This document shows, piece after piece, positions 57,910 to 64,000 of a DNA stretch of 64,000 nucleotides. The stretch comes from an uncultured Gemmatimonadales bacterium (GTDB lineage Bacteria; Gemmatimonadota; Gemmatimonadetes; Gemmatimonadales; GWC2-71-9), in contig CAVUAK010000002.1 in the NCBI GenBank assembly GCA_963739455.1, forward strand, positions 192,001-256,000, written 5' to 3'. How positions within the stretch are numbered: position 1 is the first letter of the stretch; every line of letters begins with the position of its first letter. The position numbers and the translations under genes are program-made. The notes beneath the pieces are model-generated. The model searched no databases, had not been told where the DNA came from, and saw nothing but the letters and a program-made list of their open reading frames with translations.

Positions 57910-58424
57910 TGTCCGACGCCAGCGAGGAATTGCGGTCGCGGCAGGCGCCGCTCAAGGAACGTTATCGTGATGACGCCGGGGCTGCGGTCATCCTCCTCAA
58001 GGCGACAGCGTCACTCGACGCCGCAGGCGTGGCCTGCCGCGTCGACACCGGTCGCGCCCTGGTCGAGGCGGGGTTGCATCCGGCTACCGGAGGCTCGGGG
58101 CTCCAGGCCTGTTCGGGTGACATGCTGCTCGAGGCCCTCGCCGCCTGTGCCGGCGTCACCATGCGCGCGGTGGCGACGTCCCTGGAAATTCCGGTGCGCG
58201 GCGGCCATATCGAGGTGGAGGGCGACCTGGACGTGAGGGGAACGCTGGGCGTGAGCAAGGAGGCGCCGGTGGGATTTCGCGCCATCCGCATCCGCTTCCT
58301 GCTCGATACAGACGCCGGCCCCGAGCAGCTGGCGACATTGCTCAAGCTGACCGAGCGCTACTGCGTGGTACTGCAGACCCTGCGGACGCCACCGGTCCTC
58401 ACCGCGACGATGGCCGGCGCCTGA
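57909..58424 (+). CDS. OsmC/Ohr family protein
   Basis: GLHPATGG..CSGDMLLEALAAC, EGDLDVRGTLG, ERYCVV; start overlaps SARP stop. Confidence 0.9.
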   Translation: MSDASEELRSRQAPLKERYRDDAGAAVILLKATASLDAAGVACRVDTGRALVEAGLHPATGGSGLQACSGDMLLEALAACAGVTMRAVATSLEIPVRGGHIEVEGDLDVRGTLGVSKEAPVGFRAIRIRFLLDTDAGPEQLATLLKLTERYCVVLQTLRTPPVLTATMAGA

Positions 58425-58425
58425 C

Positions 58426-59211
58426 CTATCGCACGTCGAGGTCGATGAGCACCCCGAGGGCGAGCCCGAGCTGGGGATCGAGTCCGCCTCGCCCACCCTG
58501 GCGGAGGTCGAACATCACCCTGCCCTGCACCAGGTCGCGCCGCTCCAGCATGCCGAGGGGCGCCCCGCCCGGGGAGATGAGCGCGAAGTTCGAGCGCAAC
58601 GCAGGAACCGCCCAGCCGAGCAGCCGCGCCAAGATGGCCCGTGGGATCGAATCCTCCCGCGCCTTCACCACCGCCGCGCCATCGGCCCCGTAGAGCACCC
58701 ACTGTGTGCGCAAGAGCGAGCTGAGGTAGTTTCGCCGGATGGTGCCAAGCAACCGACCCTTCGCCCCGGTCACGCTGCACGACACCTCGAAGGCACGCGA
58801 CCGGGCCGCCTGCTTCACTTCCAGTACCTTCTCGGCGGGGCGCTCCCGACGGCCGAACGTCGCGAGGCGGCTTCCCACCAGTGCCGGATACACCGCGACG
58901 GCGGCGAGGAAGCCCAGGACGGCACCCACCACCACTGCCGACCACTTGATCACCGTGCCACCCATGCTGTCACCGAAGGAGCTGATGAAGCCCAGGATGA
59001 TCAGCCCCGTGGCGACGCTCGCGAGGAACGCCACGACGCCTCGACCGGCTGCCCCCCTCTTCACCAGCAGGAGCATATGCCCGTCGGATGAACTGACCGC
59101 GTATTGCTGGCCCGCGGGCAGCTTCAATGGCGCGAGCATGTACAGGTCGCGCTCGAACACTGTATCGGTGGCTGGCGCCGTGTCCGGCGCGGTCTCAACC
59201 TTGGCTGGCAT
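58426..59211 (-). CDS. Hypothetical membrane protein, scramblase/LURP-one-like C-terminus (start could be 59262)
   Basis: Two TM helices then repeated beta motifs ([27 protein letters not shown]) and terminal [13 protein letters not shown] helix. Confidence 0.55.
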   Translation of the reverse strand: MPAKVETAPDTAPATDTVFERDLYMLAPLKLPAGQQYAVSSSDGHMLLLVKRGAAGRGVVAFLASVATGLIILGFISSFGDSMGGTVIKWSAVVVGAVLGFLAAVAVYPALVGSRLATFGRRERPAEKVLEVKQAARSRAFEVSCSVTGAKGRLLGTIRRNYLSSLLRTQWVLYGADGAAVVKAREDSIPRAILARLLGWAVPALRSNFALISPGGAPLGMLERRDLVQGRVMFDLRQGGRGGLDPQLGLALGVLIDLDVR

Positions 59212-59285
59212 TGCGTGCTCCCGTCGCCTCCCCTTATTTCTCCGCGCTCGACTGTTCGTCACCCGCTGGTGTCGCTGAGGACCTC

Positions 59286-59780
59286 ATGCCGCAACCGCTC
59301 GTCGGCATTGTCATGGGCAGTGATTCCGACTGGGAAACGATGCAGGCGGCGGCCCGCCAGCTCACCCAGCTCGACATTCCGTTTGAATCACGCGTCGTGT
59401 CTGCGCACCGCACGCCCGACCTGCTGTTCGACTATGCGGCCGGCGCGGCCGCGCGCGGGCTCAAGTGCATCATTGCCGGGGCCGGGGGCGCGGCGCACCT
59501 GCCAGGCATGCTCGCGAGCAAGACGGCGCTCCCCATCCTCGGCGTCCCCGTGAGTTCCCGTCAGCTCAAGGGCATCGACTCCCTGCTCTCGATTGTCCAG
59601 ATGCCCGCCGGAATTCCCGTCGCCACCTTCGCCATAGGCGAGGCGGGTGCCACCAACGCCGCGCTCTATGCCGCCGCGATCCTCGCCCTCAGCGACGCGG
59701 CGCTCGCGAAGCGGCTCACCGCCCTGCGTGACGCACAGACCCAGCGGGTGCTCGGTCTCTCGCTGCCGGATCCCAGTTGA
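59286..59780 (+). CDS. purE: N5-CAIR mutase
   Basis: [31 protein letters not shown]. Confidence 0.97.
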   Translation: MPQPLVGIVMGSDSDWETMQAAARQLTQLDIPFESRVVSAHRTPDLLFDYAAGAAARGLKCIIAGAGGAAHLPGMLASKTALPILGVPVSSRQLKGIDSLLSIVQMPAGIPVATFAIGEAGATNAALYAAAILALSDAALAKRLTALRDAQTQRVLGLSLPDPS

Positions 59781-60907
59781 TCCTGCCGGGTGCCACGCTC
59801 GGCGTGCTTGGCGGCGGGCAGCTCGGGCGCATGTTTGCGCTCAGGGCGCGCGTCATGGGCTATCGCGTCGTGGTGCTGGAGCCCGATCCGCGCAGTCCCG
59901 CCGGCCAGGTTGCCGACCACCAGATAGTTGCTGCATACGACGACGCGTCCGCGCTCGATCAGCTCGCCGATCAATGTGCCGCCGTGACCACCGAATTCGA
60001 GAATGTCCCTGCTCCCGTGCTCGAGCGTCTCGCCGCTCGCCTGCCCGTAAGCCCGTCGCCGGCGTCTGTCGCCATTGCCCAGGACCGAACGGCAGAGAAG
60101 GGCTTCCTTGCGAGCGCGGGATTTCGCGCGGCGCCCTTTGCGCGGGTCCCGCGAGAGGCGGACCTCACCGAGGCCCTGAAAGCAATCGGCGTGCCCGCGC
60201 TGCTCAAGACGAGCCGGCTGGGGTATGACGGGAAGGGTCAGGCCCTGATTGGCGCCCCAGGGGACGCGCTGGAGGCATTCCAGCGGCTTGGGGGCGTAGC
60301 CTGCGTCCTGGAACGGAAACTCGACCTGGAGCGTGAGGTATCCGTGGTGCTGGCCCGTGGGCGGGACGGGAGCGTGGCCGCCTTTCCTCCCGCGGAGAAC
60401 GTGCACCGTCACGGCATTCTGCATACGTCGACGGTGCCGGCTCGCGTGCCGCAGGCGCTCGCTGCCGAGGCGATGGCGCTCGCCACCGACGTCGCGACCG
60501 CATTGCAGTATGTTGGCGTGCTGGCGGTGGAGATATTCGTGGCCGATGGCGGCACGCTGTATGTCAACGAGCTTGCGCCGCGACCCCACAACAGTGGGCA
60601 CTACACCATCGATGCCTGCACCGTCGACCAGTTCGAGCAGCAGGTGCGTACCATGACCGGCCTGCCGCTCGGCAAGCCTGAATTGCTCAGTGCCTGCTGC
60701 ATGGTGAACGTGCTCGGCGACTCATGGGCGCATGGGACACCACGGTGGGACCGCGCGCTGGCGTTGCCGGGAGTGAAGCTTCATCTCTATGGGAAGGCAG
60801 AGCCGCGCGCCGGAAGGAAGATGGGTCACCTGACGTGTCTTGCAGCGACGCCCGATGAGGCCCTGCTGCTTGCTACCACTGCTCATGCCGTGATATCCGC
60901 GGCCTGA
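59777..60907 (+). CDS. purK: N5-CAIR synthase
   Basis: [38 protein letters not shown]. Confidence 0.97.
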   Translation: MILPGATLGVLGGGQLGRMFALRARVMGYRVVVLEPDPRSPAGQVADHQIVAAYDDASALDQLADQCAAVTTEFENVPAPVLERLAARLPVSPSPASVAIAQDRTAEKGFLASAGFRAAPFARVPREADLTEALKAIGVPALLKTSRLGYDGKGQALIGAPGDALEAFQRLGGVACVLERKLDLEREVSVVLARGRDGSVAAFPPAENVHRHGILHTSTVPARVPQALAAEAMALATDVATALQYVGVLAVEIFVADGGTLYVNELAPRPHNSGHYTIDACTVDQFEQQVRTMTGLPLGKPELLSACCMVNVLGDSWAHGTPRWDRALALPGVKLHLYGKAEPRAGRKMGHLTCLAATPDEALLLATTAHAVISAA

Positions 60908-60937
60908 GCCCCCACGAAGATCCTGGAGGGAACAACC

Positions 60938-61507
60938 ATGCTGTTGATCGCCACGCTGGTTTCACTGCTCGGCCCGGCGCCGGTTCCTGTCGCCGCCGTG
61001 GGCGGGTGTATCACGATGAACACGGAGAAGCTGCCGCTCAACAAGCGGGTCAGCCCCCTCGACTCGATCTCGTTCAAGGTAGAGAAGAGCAACGTCAAGC
61101 TCTGCTACGGCCGGCCGTCGCTGAAGGGCCGCACGATGATCGGCGGAGAGGCTGTTCCGTACGGAAAGATCTGGCGTACCGGGTCGAACGAGCCGACCAT
61201 GATCCACACCGATGGCCCGCTCGAGATCGCCGGCGTGAAGGTACCGGCTGGCACCTACTCGCTCTACACGGTGCCCGGCGAGAAGGAGTGGGAAGTGATC
61301 GTCAACAAGTCGATCACCCAGTGGGGACACGAGAGCACCTACACCCCCGAGGTGCAGGCCCAGGAAGTCGGCCGCGGCAAGGTGAAGTCGGAGACGCTCA
61401 AGGCGCCGGTGGAAAAGCTGACCTTTACCGCCGACCCGAATGCCGAAAAGACCAAGGAGCTCGTCCTCACCTGGCAGACCACCCGCGTCGCGATTCCGCT
61501 GAAGTGA
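60938..61507 (+). CDS. Secreted DUF2911-family protein
   Basis: RVSP, YGRPSLKGR, VPYGKIWRTGSNEPT, PAGTYSLYTVP. Confidence 0.85.
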   Translation: MLLIATLVSLLGPAPVPVAAVGGCITMNTEKLPLNKRVSPLDSISFKVEKSNVKLCYGRPSLKGRTMIGGEAVPYGKIWRTGSNEPTMIHTDGPLEIAGVKVPAGTYSLYTVPGEKEWEVIVNKSITQWGHESTYTPEVQAQEVGRGKVKSETLKAPVEKLTFTADPNAEKTKELVLTWQTTRVAIPLK

Positions 61508-61521
61508 GCTGAAGATCGAGA

Positions 61522-61544
61522 GGGGCGGCAGTTCCTGCCGCCCC
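61522..61544. terminator. GC-rich hairpin between convergent genes
   Basis: GGGGCGGCAG-TTC-CTGCCGCCCC perfect 10-bp stem; no U-tract. Confidence 0.65.
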
Positions 61545-61551
61545 AGCCGGA

Positions 61552-62802
61552 CTACCGGCTACCCGCCGCGATTCGCTCCACACCCGCCAGCACCCGCTCC
61601 ACTTCGCTTGCCGTCGAGTAGATCGAGAGTCCGACGCGAAGCAGCCCCTCTCGTGCAAACCCCAGCCGCTGCACCACCGTCGTCGCATAGAAGTCGCCGC
61701 TCGACGCGAAGACTCCCTCGGTCGCCAAGGCTACCGCCGCGTCATGCGCGGTCACCCCGGCGATGCTCATCGAGACGGTCCCGGTGCGGGGACGCGATGG
61801 TGCCGGGCCGTAACGCGTAACACCCTTGATCGCGCCAAGCCCCTCCCAGAGCCGGGCGAACAGCGCCAGCTCGCGCTCGTGCTGGGTGGCATAGAGACGG
61901 GCCAGCCGCTGCCGACGGCTACCCCCCTCCGCCAGCGAGGCGAGCCATTCTACGGCAGCACCCGCCCCCGCAATGCCCTCATGGTTCAGCGTTCCCGTTT
62001 CCAGCCGCTCCGGCACGGACTCGGGCGCCGGCTCGAGCTTGGGAAGGTCCAGTGACTTCATCCGGTCGCGCCGGCCGTAGAGGACGCCGACGTGTGGCCC
62101 ATAGAACTTGTAAGTCGAGCAGGCGAGGAAATCGCAGCCGAGCGCTCGCACGTCCACCAGCCGGTGGGGGGCGAAGTGGACCGCGTCCACGAAGACCAGG
62201 GCCCCCACCCCCCGTGCGATCTCCCTCGCCTTGGCGACGTCCGTGATGGTGCCCAAGGCGTTCGAGGCGGCCCCGATGGCCAGGAGCCGGGTCTTGGGGC
62301 CGATGGCTCGCCCGAGGGCCTCCCAGTCCAATTCACCGGTCTCCGGCCGGAATCGAACCACGTTCAGGGTCACCCCGCGTTCCCGGGCCACCGCCTGCCA
62401 GGGGCCAACGTTGGCGTGGTGGTCCAGCTCCGTGATCACGACTTCATCGCCGGGACCCCAGCGCCGACCCAGGGCCCTCGCCAGATGGAATGTCAGGGTG
62501 GTCATGTTGGCCCCGAACGCCACCTCGTCCGGATCGGCGTTGAGGAAGTCGGCCATGGCTCCGCGGGCCCCGGCGATGATCCCGTCGGTCTCCTCGCTGG
62601 TGGGGTAGGCCCAGTGGGTGTTCGCGTTGTGATGCGCCAGATAGTCGGCCACCGCGTCAATGACGCGCTGGGGCACCTGTGTGCCGCCTGGCCCGTCAAA
62701 GTAGGCCACCGGCTGGCCAGCATGTCGGCGGCTTAGCGCCGGGAATGATTGCCGAATAGCCTCGACCGATTGCACCTGATCCGCGAGCAGATCCACCGTC
62801 AT
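61552..62802 (-). CDS. Cysteine desulfurase-like class V PLP protein lacking the loop Cys
   Basis: YFDGPGGTQVP, LDHHAN, VDAVH, STYKFYGPH, ETGT; SGDFYA where SufS has GHHCA. Confidence 0.88.
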   Translation of the reverse strand: MTVDLLADQVQSVEAIRQSFPALSRRHAGQPVAYFDGPGGTQVPQRVIDAVADYLAHHNANTHWAYPTSEETDGIIAGARGAMADFLNADPDEVAFGANMTTLTFHLARALGRRWGPGDEVVITELDHHANVGPWQAVARERGVTLNVVRFRPETGELDWEALGRAIGPKTRLLAIGAASNALGTITDVAKAREIARGVGALVFVDAVHFAPHRLVDVRALGCDFLACSTYKFYGPHVGVLYGRRDRMKSLDLPKLEPAPESVPERLETGTLNHEGIAGAGAAVEWLASLAEGGSRRQRLARLYATQHERELALFARLWEGLGAIKGVTRYGPAPSRPRTGTVSMSIAGVTAHDAAVALATEGVFASSGDFYATTVVQRLGFAREGLLRVGLSIYSTASEVERVLAGVERIAAGSR

Positions 62803-63001
62803 GAACACTCCGAGAAATTACACGAGGTTTGCGTGCTTAAACTGCTGTCAATAAGATATTTACACGTTGCTTGAGAACGAGACGGCATGGTGCTTTCGGG
62901 TCGGGACATGCCCCAATATGCATGTGAGAATAGCCTGAGAAACCACTTGAGGTCCCGTCCCTCCCCTGCGCGAGCTGAAGATGCCGCCGCATGTGGAAAA
63001 G

Positions 63002-63037
63002 CAAAAGAGGGCCAACCCAAAGGCTGGCCCTCTTTTG
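63002..63037. terminator. Intrinsic terminator downstream of tmRNA (bidirectional form)
   Basis: CAAAAGAGGGCCA..TGGCCCTCTTTTG inverted repeat. Confidence 0.85.
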
Positions 63038-63043
63038 TCCGAG

Positions 63044-63405
63044 TGGAGGCGCAGGGAATCGAACCCTGGTCCGAGACAGGCTCCAAAACAGCGTCTACGT
63101 GCGTAGGCCAGCCTTTTCGCCGTCGCGTTCAGCTGGTGACTGACCAGCCCTCTGAACGTCTATTCCCGAGAGATCTCGCCGACTCCGTCGGGACCCCGGA
63201 GCCAGCCAGCCCGGATTTTCGATTCGACACCGACGCCCCGGACGGGCTTCGTTGCCGAAGGTGCGTGAAGCGAGCGTTAGCTCAGCTTACGCAGCCAGCG
63301 CCAGATCAGAATTGGCGTTTGAATCGTTCCAAGTGGTTTAGCCAGGATCCTGGACCTGGGCACGCTGCCATTCCTTCATCTGACCCGTCGAAGCCGATCG
63401 CCCCC
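63044..63405 (-). ncRNA. ssrA: tmRNA; tag peptide (A)ANSDLALAA* at 63316-63287
   Basis: 5' GGGGGCGATCGGCTTCGAC; 3' GGTTCGATTCCCTGCGCCTCCA with T-loop and G3.U acceptor pair; tag ORF ends in LAA; CCA not encoded. Confidence 0.96.
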
Positions 63406-63478
63406 GGGTTGCCACAAATATAGCCTATCTTGGGTCCAGCGGTCCGTCCCGTCCCCACCCCCCTTCGGAGACTCCAAG

Positions 63479-63841
63479 ATGAAGCGACTCGGCGGCATCC
63501 TCACCACTCTGGCCCTCGCGGCCACCCTCACTGCAACAGGCCACGCCCAGACGGCCGCGGCACCACCGACGCCGCAGCAGCAGGCCGAGGCCCTCACCCA
63601 GAAAATGACTGCCCAGCTCAAGCTGACGCCGGCGCAAGTCCCCCAGGTGAGCCAGATCAACACCTCGGCGCTGACGACCATTTCCGAGATCAAGGCCAAG
63701 GGGGGCAGGAAGCTGAAGGAGGACAAGAGCCTCAAGAGCGCCATGGACGACTGGGATACGGGGCTCAAGGGCGTCCTGACTGGCGAGCAGTACAGCGGAT
63801 GGCAGCAGATGCAGCAGGCGATGAAGGACCAGAAGCAGTAG
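63479..63841 (+). CDS. Secreted helical protein (LTxxQ/Spy-like)
   Basis: Signal peptide GHA|Q; LKLTPAQ and VLTGEQY motifs; GGAG RBS. Confidence 0.75.
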   Translation: MKRLGGILTTLALAATLTATGHAQTAAAPPTPQQQAEALTQKMTAQLKLTPAQVPQVSQINTSALTTISEIKAKGGRKLKEDKSLKSAMDDWDTGLKGVLTGEQYSGWQQMQQAMKDQKQ

Positions 63842-63851
63842 GCCTGACGAC

Positions 63852-64000
63852 CTACCTGGAGCGAAACCTCGACGCCGCCGACCTGAAGGCGGTGTCGAGC
63901 GGCCGGAGCACGAAGGGCAGCACCGCCATGCCCACGATGATGAACGCCTCGTGACGGTGGGCTTCCCGGCCCCCCAATTGCGCCAGCATCGCCCCGAGTG
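63852..64000 (-). CDS. 3' end of a probable membrane protein (starts outside window)
   Basis: Open minus frame ..LGAMLAQLGGREAHRHEAFIIVGMAVLPFVLRPLD..RSR* ending at TAG 63852. Confidence 0.4.
   Translation of the reverse strand, partial: LGAMLAQLGGREAHRHEAFIIVGMAVLPFVLRPLDTAFRSAASRFRSR

Noticed and set aside
61552..63405. Integrative element or prophage at tmRNA
   Set aside because: No integrase, no duplicated ssrA 3' end and no phage genes in the window

Overview
High-GC bacterial chromosomal window, probably Gemmatimonadota. This is inferred from the tmRNA tag ANSDLALAA, the Ser/Thr kinase-TolB-TPR and SARP-TPR proteins and the gene order. Contents in order: (1) a cyanophycin operon (iadA-cphB-cphA, cut by the window edge); (2) a compact serine-cycle-type C1/glyoxylate assimilation cluster (sga-mcl-mtkA-mtkB-hpr-ppc with divergent glycerate kinase), next to ftcd and a RidA; (3) a long trp-folK-pan operon interrupted by a HEAT-repeat/HD-GYP pair and a GAF-MCP, with lexA inverted between trpC and trpD and a candidate direct-repeat LexA box; (4) a truA-htrA-pur-psd/pssA-ppdK operon; (5) an uncharacterised operon facing a SARP regulator (internally duplicated membrane protein, GMC and Gfo/Idh/MocA oxidoreductases, DedA/VTT, Ser-less alpha/beta-hydrolase) running into a tandem array of paralogous lipoproteins; (6) purEK and tmRNA. 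Many genes carry 1-nt frameshifts, very dense at about 42.2-48.7 kb. These are most likely long-read consensus errors, so the very long fusion ORFs in the track are treated as artefacts. No mobile element, CRISPR array, rRNA or tRNA was seen. All family calls are by-eye motif recognition, with no database search.
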